This document shows positions 26,237 through 40,300 of a stretch of DNA of 64,000 nucleotides, in pieces; the stretch's first letter is position 1; each line of letters begins with the position of its first letter. The notes below the pieces were generated by a model. That model saw only the letters and a list, made by a program, of their open reading frames with translations. It was not told where the DNA came from and did not search any database. This DNA is from Welwitschia mirabilis (Eukaryota), in contig JBOZIK010000001.1 in the NCBI GenBank assembly GCA_051453625.1, positions 47,578,508 through 47,642,507 of the forward strand, read 5' to 3'. Both the position numbers and the translations under genes were made by a program.

Positions 26237-27700
26237 TTAATAATTGATTTTCTTTAAAATAGAAATGTAGATTCTATTAAAACAAAATATAGTACAAGAG
26301 GGATGGAACACCTTTGGAAGTAAGATTAGTAAGAAAGCATCAAGCTTCAAACTGAATACTAAAGAGCTTATACAGAATACATCACAAAAAGAAACTAGAA
26401 TATGAAAAATTATGATAGGCACATAAAATAACCAACTTAAAAAGCTGGAGAAAAGCTATCAATGACTTTTGCATCCTAGGAAAAGATCCATATGATCATT
26501 TTAAGTGAGTTTTCTTCATAGCTCATTTTCTAGAACTTCAAACACTTAATTGAACTCCTTGAATGCCTCTAACCCTTTTGGATTTTTATTAAGGTGAAGC
26601 CTTAGAGCATTCTTCTTATAAATTGTTTTGATAGTGGTTATTAGGGATTTATGGATAATCCCTAAGACGAAAAATGAGTACTTTTATAGCCCCTTAATAA
26701 TTGCCATCAGAACTGAGGATCTAGCTTCCTCCATTTCTATCTTCATTACTTTAGAATTCTAATTTAGAGTTGGGGTTTTTCCTTGTTCTTGATTTGGATA
26801 AGGATCATATTCTTCTTTTTCCTTTCCCTTGTGAGCTCTTCTACTAGTTCTAGATGAGGGATAGTCTTCTCATTGGGAGTTGGAGATAGAATCACCTCTC
26901 ATCTACTTGTAAGAGTTCAAGGGTGGAGTTTCCCTTATTTACTTCTTTGGGAAGGAGGCTGAATCTACATTTATGTCATCTTGGTTCAATTTTCTTATAA
27001 ATTTCCTCTACTTATTTGAAGGAGATTTTTTATCTTTATGATTTTATTTCCTTCGAGGGAGGCTCAAGTATTCTTTTAAATTGCCTTTTCTACCCTCCAT
27101 ATGGCCATAACCAGGCAAGAGTGTCTAGTTTTATATTTTCTTTTAAGAACCTAGAGGAAGAAGTGGGGCATGTTAATCCTTTGTCCTAGGTTTAAAGCTT
27201 TTAGAAATGCAAAATGAAGACCATGAGTTTGGAAGTGCTTCTTGATTATATAAAACAATGATATACCATTTTTGCCCTTAGACCCTAAGGGGACAAAAGA
27301 TGACCATCAGAGAGTTTAGAAATACTTATGGGAAAGAAGTAATGAGCTTCCCTTTACCCCTTGGATTCTATTAGAACTCTTTATCCTTCTGTTAAGACCT
27401 ATGTATACCTAACTAGTGCTTCTTCCATTAAATGAATACTTACTCTCTTAAACCATGTTGATTCTTATTTCTAGTTCTTAAAGAAAGAGGTAATATTCAC
27501 CTTAGGATTTTTTTTTAGCTTCTATAGTAGGTTCTTCCATCTTATTACCTACACCTTCCTTTATAGCTCTGGGTAGTCTCCATAGAGAATCGAGTTCTCT
27601 AGTTTATGTAAAGAAGAGACATGCATTACTACCTTAATTTTAAGTAAATACCATTTTAAACTGATTCCTTTATTTGTAGGGAGGGGTAAAAGTGTGTTAA
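26237..27700 (-). mobile_element. LINE-derived unit: ORF1 (DUF4283/zinc knuckle) plus endonuclease remnant, no RT
   Basis: VIRWKN (~27540), RVLIE (~27375), GYGH (~27105), weak WQLLRG (~26700), VPIII (~26420), then TTGTAC..TTTAATAGAATC and an A-rich end. Confidence 0.45.
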
Positions 27701-30700
27701 TACATATGATCTAATTTTGAATTTTTCATATGTTCAAGTGATTTAGATGCATGCATTTTTTCTACCATCATCTATACTTTTTCCTTACTTTTTGATAATC
27801 ATTCATTAAAGTGATGAGATATTCACTCCAAGTACATTCTCCAAATAAGTGGTTAATTATCTCTGTAATTGAATAATAGATAACAAATAGGACACTAGAG
27901 GGAAATAAAAATTCCACACTTGATTAAATTATCTCCAGCTAGAATTATTTTTTTTTTCACATTAGCCAATAGAAGATTTTAATTTTATTTTGTATAGTAC
28001 CTTTTCAAAACTCCTTAACATAAAATCTTTCCATACTTCTTGATTAAGATGATTTTAACAATGTCTTATATAGTATTACCTATGTTATGAAGCTCCTAAT
28101 AAGAGTTAAGCAAGTGTTGCCAAAGGTAGGACTCCCCTCCCTTTCTATTTCATAATTTATATTTATGTTTAATTAGCTCACTCCATGGAAGTTCCTTTAT
28201 TTGTAGCCTTCTGATGATTCTATTATCACTATTAGTAGATAGTCATTTAGCCTTTAAATCATTCATTCTCTAGAGGATTTTGTATGATAAATTATGTTCC
28301 ACTTGCAAAGAGAAATTTCATTTCTATCCTTTTCCCTAATCAAATAGAGTTTTTGATTGTCCTATTAATTTTTTTAATAATGTAATTAAGGGGGCGATAA
28401 TGAAGGAAGAATACCTAAAGTATCTTCGAGCAATGATTTGGTTGAGATAAGTTTTGCTTTTGATGATAGAAATCTATTTGGCAAGTATTATATTTTCCTT
28501 GAATTTTTTCAATGATGTGATTTTAATTTTGAATTTTATGCTAGTTCATAGTGGGATTCCTAAATAAATATCATTGATTTCTTTCTCCTTAGCTATTAAT
28601 ATTTGGATGATGTTAACTTTGTGATTAATTTTTTGTCTTGTAAAGTAAAGTTTTATCTTGGTTTATTTTGTCCTTAGACCCATAACTCTTCTAAAAAATC
28701 CATGGCATTTATAATATATTTTTCTTCATAACAAGAAGATTGAATTATATAATAGTATCATCGACATAGTGATTAATTATAAATGTTTATTTTCCAATCT
28801 TGATTCCTTTGGTTTCAATTCTCTTTAACATTTTTGGTAGTACATTCATAAAAAACAGAAAGAGGTAGGGAGATAAGGGGTCTCCTTATCTAAGTTCATG
28901 ACTCACTATGAAGTATTTTTATTTAATGCCATTAATCTCTAGGAATAATTTAGCTAATACTTACATCTACATCTATAGGTTTACTATATCTTTTACGTAC
29001 TCAAATATCCTAAGTATGATTTCTAATGTGCTCTAACTAATTGTTTTATGGGCCTTTGCTATATTGATCTTGATGAGCATTAATAGAAATATGTGTTTTT
29101 AAACAAAATGTATAATCTTATAAATAACTAAATTTTGGTCTTAGATGTACTCAAAGCAATGAAGATAACTTGGTTTATAGAGATAACCTTTGATAGTAAG
29201 GGGACAACATATCCAACCATGATATTTATAAAAATCCTATAAAGTACATTACATATTCTAATTTTTTTTTGTAACTACCCAAGATATTAAACTCTGTTTT
29301 CTTTAGAATAAGAATGGTTCTATTCCTATTCATCTTTGTAGGGGCTCTTTTGCTTGTGAATATCTCTTGCATGGTGCATTATATGTTTTTACCTAGGATG
29401 GGGAAATATACTCTAAATAGTTCTATGCGCTAATCATTAATCCTAGTGTTTTGTTAATTTTCATAGACTTAGTGACCTATTTTATATCTTTCCTATCCAT
29501 GGGTTTTCTTAACTCCTAATTTGCCTTTTTGGTGATCTTATTAGTAACGTGTAATAGGTTAAGAAAGATATCCTTCCATTTCCATACTATTATTAGGTGC
29601 TTCTTTATTTCTAACGTGATTTTCTCTTCTTATTTTAGTAGTATTTTTTTTTATCTTAGATTTTCTAATCTTATTATACATCCTATGTTGATTCATATTA
29701 TGGAAGAAAAATTTTATATATTTATCATCTTTTCATAGCTATTTAATTCTAGATTTTTCTTTCCAATATTATTTTTCATTGATAGTAATTTCCTATAGCT
29801 CTTGAAGAGGAATGTACTCTTGCTATCTAAGGTGGTCCTAATATCCTCCTTATTGCTGCTTGGTTTAAATCTTTTATATTTTCCTCTCAAGCTATTTTCA
29901 TAAGTTAAATATAATTTTATCTTTCTCTTTCTAGCTTTTATTGTAGTCTTTTAGGAAATTCAAGCATCTATATAGGAACATACTTGACCTAATCTTATCA
30001 TATTTTTGCCAAATTATTGCTATCATATTCCTCATTTCTTTTCTTCTTGTTTAGTATTTTTATCTTTAATAAGTATTTTGAGGATTATTTTATTACTTGA
30101 AACCTAATTAGTTTGTGATCTAATATCATTCCATTGAGGTGCCATACCTTTATTGACATCTTGTTAAAGATTTATCTTCTATCCTTAATTTCATCTACCC
30201 TGGACATAGTTATATTATTACCTTCCCTTTTGTTCAATCATGTATACTTACATCCCAAAACCAAGATATTGGTTAAGTCTCTAGTATCATAAAATTCTTT
30301 AGGATCTCTACTCCTTTGTTATTCTAATTCAAACCTCCCAAGCCTCTAATTTTTTCCATCTATGAATGCATTGTTTAAAATATCCTACCAATAGCCATTT
30401 GTTCTTATTTTTAATTATATTATGCAATTCTTTAAATTCTAGGAGAATTTCCATGTTATCTTTTAAGTTTTAGATGTTTGTAATAACCTAATATTCCTTT
30501 TTGAGATAGACTAAAATGTAAAGGATGCATTTATTTGTCAACTTGAACATCTTTCTAGTTAATATCATTATGCATCCTACTTCCTCTTGTGCCCTTATGA
30601 TGAACATATTCTAGTCTTGCTAGTATCGCCTCATGTTCTTATCATTACCTATTATAGTTTCTTGTAAGAAGACTAATTTACTATTATTTTTTATAACAAT

Positions 30701-32080
30701 GTCTATGAAGGTATACTTTTTATAAGAGGACCCCAGGCCCTTATAGTTCCATATGAGACAATCCATTAAGTTATTTTTTCTTCTTTTTGGGTGTTCTCGA
30801 TCCTTTTTTTTTAACATTTATTCTATTACTTCTTGAGAGTTATTTATCATACTCTCCATGGTCTCCTGTCCCTTAGTACTCTGTTACCTAGTTTCCCATT
30901 AGTGTGCTATTCTACATCACTTACCTGCACATGACCTAGTTACAGATTATTCTCTCTCTAATCTAGTTTCTACTCTCCCTTTAATCCTTTAGTTATTAGA
31001 GACTAAAATGGGTTCTGATTAGGATTTTCATTCTCTTTGTGTTCTTTTGAGAATACACTGTGCTTCTTTAGGATTTTTGCTTTTTCTTTTTATGTGAGCA
31101 TGCTTCTATCTTATGCTTTAATCCAATAAAAGATGCATTCATTCTTATTATCCCCTAGTTGTACTAGACCTTTTTATCATTCCTCCTTGTATCGTCCTTT
31201 TTTCTCATAATAATAGCATGATTTCTCTGTCTTTTGACATCCCCTTGGTGGGTGTTTTAATTTTCCACATATTCCATAGATGAGTGGTAGATTTTTCATA
31301 TTTGACTTTTAGGTTGCATTTCCTCCATTTAGAGTGAAACCTAATGAATTTAATATCCTTCAATTTCTATATATTTTTCTAAACACAGAATCTGGCTAAT
31401 ATTAGTCACATCTATTTTATTATTATTTTATCTAATTTAATAAGTCCTTCAAATTGTGAAGCTATTTTTATGAGAATTTATTCATCCTAAATTTTCATTA
31501 AGAACCTAGGGATCCTAATCCAAAGTAGGAATTTATGAAAAATTTTGGGTTTTTTTGTAGGCATGACATCCATTTCGTTAATGCTAGCCATCTCACTTTG
31601 AAAACCCATGGATCCCTTGCTATTACTACATCTTTATTCTTTTGTTATCAAATTGAAATAGGGCCAGACCATATAGTAAAGTAATGACTTGGACTTTAGT
31701 GATTCCTGTCCATTTAGTGGCCACCCAATCCCTCATCAAATCTAACCTAGGTCTAGAACTTGATGAAACAAACTTACTTATAAGACTATACTAAAGCCTA
31801 TTTTCAATTTTTGCGCATGCACCATCATCTATATCATAGATGAAAATGCTATTGCCTTTAAAGAACTTAGCTTTTTCCATTGCTAAGTAGAGTCACAAGA
31901 GAAAAAAACCCCTAAATAATGAAAAATAAAAAACTTAATTGAAATTATCCCCTTACTTGGATAATGAGGTTCTATCAAAGTCAAAATTGAAACCATTCCC
32001 TTACATCCTATCGGCGCTTTCCAAGCCACCACTTCTTTAGGATACCTTACTCTCCATTATCTCACTTATTAACTCTAGTC
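27700..32080 (-). mobile_element. Near full-length degenerate L1-clade LINE
   Basis: ORF1 DPWVF (~31610), LLWIRIP (~31520). ORF2 LIWNYKGLG..FLQET (30760-30660), R*GDPLSPYLF (~28880), YVDD (~28765), CPIC..INHLFGEC zinc finger (~27890-27830). Confidence 0.9.
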
Positions 32081-32084
32081 CTAA

Positions 32085-33941
32085 AATTTACTAAATTGTT
32101 CATTTATTCATTGTTAAGTTTTTTAATTTATTTTTATTTTATCTTTTAGATCATCATTGCTAATCAACATATCATTAAGATAAATTAATATAATAAAAAA
32201 TGAATTACATGTGAATCTCTTAACATATGTAAAATGATTAAATTCACTGCTAATATAATCTTCCGTTGCATAAAATTATTAAATTTCTTGTATCACTTCC
32301 TTGATGTCTATTTTATGTCATATAAATTATTTTTCAATTTGGAAATTAAGTTAGAATTAGAACTATTTAAAAAACCTTTTGGTTAACACATGTTAATTTC
32401 TTCTTGTGAGTCATCATATAAGAATGAAATTTAAATATCCAGTTGTTTCAATTTAAGATTTAAATTTGGAACCATAGATAGAACTATTTTTATTAAACTA
32501 TATTTCAAAATAAAACCAAAAATTTCATTGAAATTAATACCTAATTATTACTCATAAAATTATACTATGAGTCTAGCTTTATAACACCTAGAACAATTAG
32601 CCTTCCACTTGATCAAATATACCAATCTATATTTAGAAACTCCATTTCCTATACCATGAGATGTTGCCACTTGTCAATCTTTGTATAAGTTAGAGATTCT
32701 TGAAAAGACTTTATCTTTCTACTATCAATGAATAAATCATACTTTAAGGATGAAAAACATGTGTAGCCTGTAGCAAACTATAATCACTACTAGAATAATG
32801 ATAATTCTAAATTTCAATTAGTTTAGCATCACTTTTATAGTTATCAAGACTTTTAACAACATAATTATGAATATGAGGTTGAATTTCTCATACTTGTCAA
32901 ATAGGAATTGTGGATTTAGAAATTTGCATATCTACGATAAATTTTTTTGATCTACATATCTTATTTCCTTTTTCTAAACATTACATAATTATTAAAGATA
33001 ACCTGCCTACTCCTTATTATTTTCTTTGCAATAGAATTTTGAAATCCATAATCTTTATCATCATAACTAAGAAAAGCATATTTATATGATTTAGCATTTA
33101 GATTAGTTCTTTTCTCTTCTAAAACTAGAACATAGCTTCATATTCAAAAATTTTCAAATGTCTATATGAAACATTTGTTTTACTCTAAATAATATCTAGT
33201 ATTTTGACATTCAAGGGTCTAATAGACTATGAGTTAATTAAGTATACTACACACATTACAACTTTAGCCAAATTGGTTTATTAGTTTTGGTTTTAATAAC
33301 ATACTTCTCACAAACTCCATAATAGACTTATTCATTCTTTTAATAGCATCATTTTATTATGGTATTCTAGGAATAGCCTTCATTTTATAGATGTCATTCT
33401 TTAAACATGAATTATGAAAACTAAAGAAATAATTCTCATCATCCTTGTTTGTCTCTAAATGTTTAATAAATTTTACACTCTTCTTTTCAAATTCTAGCTT
33501 TAAAATTTTTAAATACATCTAAAACCTGATTTTAGATGTCAAAGTAGACAACTAATACTTTCTAGAATAATCATATAAATAAGTAACAATATATGAAGAT
33601 CTACTAAGATATTTAACATTTATAAGACTAAAAACATTAAAATAAACTAATTTCATTACTTTTTCTATTAGAGTCATCTCATTTGAAATCAACTCTATGC
33701 AACTTATTAATAACACAATGGTTCTAAAACTTAAAATAATAATTTAAAAATTAGAAATAATATTTTGATCTTGTAATTTCTTCATGTCACACTCACTGAA
33801 ATGAACTATGTATCTATGCCAAACTTGTATATTCTCATGTTTACAATAATTGTAATAACATCTCTTATAACAATGGATCTTTGCACTTCTTCATATAGGA
33901 TGTATGAAGATCACATGTTATCTTCCTTTAATCTTGTCATG
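32085..33941 (-). mobile_element. Tork-like copia integrase and RT N-half (continues 25330-26235)
   Basis: YIVTYLYDYSR (~33580), AKVVMCVVYLIN (~33250), and YVKRF..IILIYLNDMLI..MNNL (~32215-32095, equal to LYVDDMLI..MKDL). Confidence 0.75.
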
Positions 33942-34520
33942 NNNNNNNNNNNNNNNNNNNNNNNNNNNNNNNNNNNNNNNNNNNNNNNNNNNNNNNNNNN
34001 NNNNNNNNNNNNNNNNNNNNNNNNNNNNNNNNNNNNNNNNNNNNNNNNNNNNNNNNNNNNNNNNNNNNNNNNNNNNNNNNNNNNNNNNNNNNNNNNNNNN
34101 NNNNNNNNNNNNNNNNNNNNNNNNNNNNNNNNNNNNNNNNNNNNNNNNNNNNNNNNNNNNNNNNNNNNNNNNNNNNNNNNNNNNNNNNNNNNNNNNNNNN
34201 NNNNNNNNNNNNNNNNNNNNNNNNNNNNNNNNNNNNNNNNNNNNNNNNNNNNNNNNNNNNNNNNNNNNNNNNNNNNNNNNNNNNNNNNNNNNNNNNNNNN
34301 NNNNNNNNNNNNNNNNNNNNNNNNNNNNNNNNNNNNNNNNNNNNNNNNNNNNNNNNNNNNNNNNNNNNNNNNNNNNNNNNNNNNNNNNNNNNNNNNNNNN
34401 NNNNNNNNNNNNNNNNNNNNNNNNNNNNNNNNNNNNNNNNNNNNNNNNNNNNNNNNNNNNNNNNNNNNNNNNNNNNNNNNNNNNNNNNNNNNNNNNNNNN
34501 NNNNNNNNNNNNNNNNNNNA

Positions 34521-35977
34521 TGTTAGATTATATTTACCAATTGATGTCAAACTAATCTCTCTTGTGTAGTGTAAAAATGTTATATCTTGTGTGTAGATGA
34601 GATTGAGTTTTACAGGTAAAAGTATTAGACCAAAATGCACCAGAAAAACTATTGAGTTATGATAACCTCTAGTGGGGGTCGACCGGATCCTAAAGGGGTT
34701 GACCGCATTAGAAGCAGTCACAAGAAAAATGAACTAAACCTAGAGGAGTTAACTGGATTCTAAAGGAATCGATTGATCTGTGATCTTAAGAGCTAGTATT
34801 CCTAAACCACATGAAAAGGGATCGAATAGATTTTCATGGGGTCAATCAGATTTGAGTAACTAACAGGCAATAGTCCCAAACTAAGAGGAAAGGAGTTGAC
34901 TGGATTTTTATGAGGTCGACTAGACCTAAGAAACTAGCAGTCCATAGTTCCAGACCGAGAGGCAAGGGGTCAACTGGACCCAGGATGATGTCGACCGAGT
35001 TCTCATGGGGTCAACCAGATTTTTGTGGGTCGACCAAATAGTGTAGAAAATTAAAATTTACAAACATTATGTATCCATTACCTAGCCATTACCTAGCCAT
35101 TTTCTAGCTGTTTATAACCATTGAAGGTGCAATTCATTTGTAATAAACCCTAGTAACCCTCCATTATAAATAGCTATGCTATTGATGACCTAGAGATCTT
35201 TTTGCACTATTCTAATTTGGTAAATCTTTGTGGATCTGAAAGATCTGACTATATTATCATTGGTACATTATTGTATTACTACACATATGATTGAGGAGAT
35301 CTATCTTTAGCAAAAGAGTTTTACTCAAAATTAGATCTAAGAGCTTCATCATTATGATCTATTGGAGAAGAGCTTCATTCATTATACTACTATTAAATGT
35401 GTAATATCTGAGCAATCAAGGTATCATTACATCACATCCATTGCTTCTATAGGTTGAGACTTAGCCTACAAAAGTCCATTGTTGAGGTTGAGACTTAGCG
35501 TATAAAAGTTTGTTGTAAAGGTTACAAGTGAACCTGACAAAACTTGTGGAGTAATAGAGATCTGAGATCAAGCTTAGGAGAAGCTAACCATCAAGAGTAG
35601 AGTAGGGGAGTTCTNNNNNNNNNNNNNNNNNNNNNNNNNNNNNNNNNNNNNNNNNNNNNNNNNNNNNNNNNNNNNNNNNNNNNNNNNNNNNNNNNNNNNN
35701 NNNNNNNNNNNNNNTGTGGAGTAATAGAGATCTGAGATCAAGCTTAGGAGAAGCTAACCATCAAGAGTAGAGTAGGGGAGTTCTTGAACCACTATGAATC
35801 CTATGTACATCAAATTAGTAGCTTGTGCTTTTTTGTCTCTTGATTCTTTACTTACAGTTTTCCATTTTTGTATGCACTTTCTTAATTCCTTTATTTTCAT
35901 ATACAAATTTGTTTTGAGCATAAGTTTTGAAAGAACCTATTCATGACCCCTCCCTACTATGGTTCTCGATCCTATCA
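34521..35977 (+). repeat. SIRE-like 5' LTR
   Basis: TGTTAG...CCTATCA, palindromic GGTCGACC repeat array, TATAAATAG ~35166. The gap at 35615-35714 has duplicated flanks. Confidence 0.92.
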
Positions 35978-35979
35978 TT

Positions 35980-35990
35980 TGGTATCAGAG
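35980..35990 (+). promoter_or_regulatory. Primer-binding site (initiator tRNA-Met)
   Basis: TGGTATCAGAG two bases after the LTR-terminal CA. Confidence 0.9.
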
Positions 35991-36043
35991 TAAGGTTAAG
36001 TCATTTTCATAGGTCTTAACTGATCTAGACTTAGAACCATTTA

Positions 36044-37347
36044 ATGGATACTCTCTTTGATGAATTTTTTAGCATGCCCTCCCTAAATACCTATGTCTTT
36101 ATCTATTTTCTTTGGATAGTATACAGCTTTATGTTTAAACAGATTGTAGAAAAAAAACACTCACAGGGATCAAGTAAAAAAGATAAAAAAAATGCTCTAG
36201 AATTCAATAGAGAAAGGAGACTCTCTTTTATGGCATTTGTGCCATCTTTACAGAATGTACCAAAATCCTTAGTCCAAGATGAAGATGATTTGAAAGACAC
36301 TTATCAAAAGTTATATCAAGAGTATAAAAATATAGCTAGAAGGATTAATGACCTAAATAAGGTTATAAAATCTCTCACCAAGGAAAAGAATGATTTGGAA
36401 TCAAGTTTTGAAAGAGTAAAATCTGAAAATGCTAATCTATCTTTGCAGGTAAAAGATTTATCATATTTTGTTAATAAGTTTTTAGATGGATCTACCAAAT
36501 TGGAACAAATGCATGGAGTTTAGAAACCAGTTGGAAACAAATTAGGTATTGGGTTATCTCACAGAAATCTCAAGCATAGCAAACTCAGGTAATTAATTAT
36601 GGTAATTTTCTTTCAAAGCTTACATGTCATTTCTATGAAAAAACAGGTCATTCAAAACTTATGTGTAATGCTAGAAAGTTAATATTACTTTTAAATTCTA
36701 TTAGTTCTTTTCCATCTAAATTTATTCCTAAGAAGAATGTATTACCTAAGTCTAAAAAGACTATGTGGGTAAAAGCTAATGATCTTAAAAGTTTATTAAT
36801 TCAGATAGCTTTCAAAGTTTCAAATAGCACAAGCTGGTATCTTGATAGTGGATGTTCAAGGCATATGACAGGAGATAAATATAGATTCAAACATCTAAGC
36901 CACTTTGATAGAGGAGAAGTGACCTTCGGAGACAACAGAAAAGCAAAAATAGAAGGCATTAGAAGCGTTGGAGGAGGTAACCTTCCTAGAATTAATGTCG
37001 TTTTATATGTAAGTGGTATGAAGCACAATTTATTAAGCATTAGTCAAATTTGTAACAAAGGCCATAAAGTAGTTTTTGATAAATCGAAATGTGAAATTGT
37101 ACATGAAAAATTGAACGATGTGATTCTTAAATCTAGTAGAATAGATAATGTATATAACATAGATCAATCGATTTCTCCTTGCTATTTCTCGAATGTTCCT
37201 CAAGATGAGTTGTGGCATAAACGTTTAAGACATGTTAATTATGATAAATTGAAAATGATTATTCATAAAAATATCATTAGAGAAATTTCTAAGATAAATA
37301 TAGAAAAAAAAGGGTTATGTGATGTGTCAAAAGGGAAAACAAATTAG
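36044..37347 (+). pseudogene. Short atypical gag (coiled coil, zinc knuckle) and protease/pre-integrase of the SIRE-like element
   Basis: ORF 36044-36523 with coiled coil and KFLDGSTKLEQM; knuckle remnant CHFYEKTGHSKLMC ~36625-36666; ORF 36661-37347 with DSGCSRHM and LWHKRL. Confidence 0.8.
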
Positions 37348-40300
37348 AACCTCTCGTAAGAGTAAAACTCATATTTCCACTTCAATTCCATTAGAACTTA
37401 TTCATACGAATTTAGTTGGACCTGCTAAAACTCATAGTCTAAGTGACCAATGTTATTTCTCTAGATATACTTAGATTGCCTTTTTGTCCAACAAATCTTA
37501 AGCTCACAAGCATTGGGTTGAAATTTGCAACAAGCTCCAAAATGAAAAGGGTTACACCATAAAGAAAATAAGAAGTGATCATGGTGGGGAATTTGAAAAC
37601 CATTTTTTTGAAAAGTATTACCTTGAAAATGGTATAGATCACCAATTTTCAGCTTCAAAGACACCACAATAGAATGGTAACCTAAAAAAGAAAGAATAAA
37701 GTTCTTCAAGAAATGGATCGAACTATGCTAAATGATAAAGAAGTACCTAAATCTTTTTGGGCTAAAGCTATTAGCACAGCATATTATATTATTAATATAG
37801 TTTATCTTAAACTAGAAATTGATAAAACACCTTATGAGCTATGGAAGTGAAGACAACCAAATGTGTTATATTTTAAGGTATTTGGAAGTAAATGTTATGT
37901 CCTAAAAGATAGGGAACATTTGAGCAAATTTGAATCAAAAGATGATGAAGCCATATTTTTAGGATACTCAATAAGAAGCAGAGCCTACCCTGTATTCAAC
38001 AAAAGAAGCCTAACTATATATGAGTTAATAAATGTACAAATTGATGAGATTAACCCAAAATAAGCAACTCAAATGAAGANNNNNNNNNNNNNNNNNNNNN
38101 NNNNNNNNNNNNNNNNNNNNNNNNNNNNNNNNNNNNNNNNNNNNNNNNNNNNNNNNNNNNNNNNNNNNNNNNNNNNNNNGAAATGGCTTGAACTATGCTA
38201 AATGATAAAGAAGTACCTAAATCTTTTTGGGCTGAAGTAGTTAGCATAGCATGCTATATTATAAATAGATTTTATCTTAAATAAGGTACTGATAAATCAC
38301 CTTATGAGTTATGAAATGGAAGAAAATCAAATGTATCATACTTTAAGGTGTTTGAAAGTAAATGTTATGCCCTAAAAGATAGAGAACATTTGAGCAAATT
38401 TGAATCAAAAGCTGATAAAGATATCGTTTTAGGATACTCAACAAGAAGTAGAGCCTACTATGTTTTCAATAAAAGAAGCTTAACTGTAGAAGAGCCAATA
38501 AATGTGAAATTGATGAGACTAACCCAAAAGTAAAAAACATAGATGAAGAATAAATCATAACCCCAAGTATTCCCACATCAAATAAAAGTATTACTGAAAC
38601 AAATGAAGCTTAAGTAAAAGAAAGAATACTGGAAAAAACCTAAAATTTTAAAATATCATCTGTTAGAATCTGTTATTGAAGAAGTTAAATCAAAAGTAAA
38701 AGCAAGAGATTCAATGAAAAATTTGTGTACCCATGTCTACTATGTTTAAAAAATCATGAAGAGTGGATGTTAGAAATGTAGGATGAGCTACAATAGTTTA
38801 AGAGAAAGAATGTTTGGAAAGTAGTAGAGAGACCAGAAGATAAGAATGTTATTGTACAAAATGGATCTTTAAAAATAAATGTGATGAAGAAAATAATGTT
38901 ATTAAAAATAAAGTAAGACTTGTAGCTTAAGGTTTCAACCAAATTGAAGGAATTAATGTAGGAGATACCTTCGGTTCTATTACAAGATTAGATAGCATTA
39001 GAATGTTTTTATCTTTTATAGTTTTTAGGAACTTCAAAGTTTATCAAGTGGATGTAAAAAGTGCATTTCTAAATGGATCATTAAATGAAGAAGTTTATTT
39101 TGAACAACCTTAAGGTTTTATTGTTCCATATAGATTTGATCATGTGCACAAACTTAAGAAAGCTTTATATGGATTAAAACAAGCACTAAGAGCATGGTAT
39201 GAAAAGTTAGCTACCTTTTTAAACAAAAATGGATATGATAATGGAACGGTAGATAAAAATTTATTTATGAAGAAGTTGAAAGATGATTTTATTATTATAC
39301 AAATTTATGTAGATGATATTATTTTTAATGCCTCAAATTAAAATTTGTCAAAATAATTTGCAAACATTATGACAAATCAATTTGAAATGAGTATGCTTAG
39401 TAAAGTTAAAGTGTTTTTTGGATTTTAGATAAAGAAAATTAATAATGAAATATTTATCTCTAAATCTAAATATGCAAGAGATTTAATCAAATGTTTTGAT
39501 TTATAAAACACAAAAATAGTTGATTCTCTAATGTCTACTTCATGCAAAGTAAGCCTGGATAGAAATGATAAATCAGTAAATAAAAAACTTTATAGAAGCA
39601 TGATTGGTAGTTTATTATACTTAACCACAAGTAGACCAGATATCATGTTTAGTGTTAGAGTTTGTACAAGATATTAATCTAATCCAAAAAAATCACATTT
39701 TCAAGTAGTAAAAAGGATAATCAGGTATATAAAAGACACATGTAANNNNNNNNNNNNNNNNNNNNNNNNNNNNNNNNNNNNNNNNNNNNNNNNNNNNNNN
39801 NNNNNNNNNNNNNNNNNNNNNNNNNNNNNNNNNNNNNNNNNNNNNAAGACTTGTAGCTCAAGGGTTCAACCAAATTGAAGGAATTAATGTAGGAGATACT
39901 TTTACTCCTGTTACAAGATTAGATAGCATTAGAATGTTTTTATCTTTTGTAGCCCTTAAAAACTTCAAGGCTTATCAAATGGATGTAAAAAGTGCTTTTT
40001 TGAATGGATAATTAAATGAAGAATTCTATGTTGAACAACCTCAAGGTTTTATTGATCCATATATATCTGATCATGTGTATAGACTCAAGAAAGCTTTATA
40101 TGGATTAAAACAAGCACAAAGAGCATGGTATGAAAAGTTAGCTATCTTTTTAAACAAGAATGGATATGATCATGGAACGGTAGATAAAACTTTATTTGTG
40201 AAAAAGTTAAAGATGATTTTATTATTATAAAAATTTATGTGGATGATATTATTTTTGGTGCCTCAAATGAAAAATTATCAAAATAATTTTCAATTATTAT

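Noticed and set aside
35545..35784. 70-bp direct repeat flanking a gap
   Set aside because: Identical overlap across a 100-N gap; absent as a duplication in sister LTRs, so an assembly artefact.
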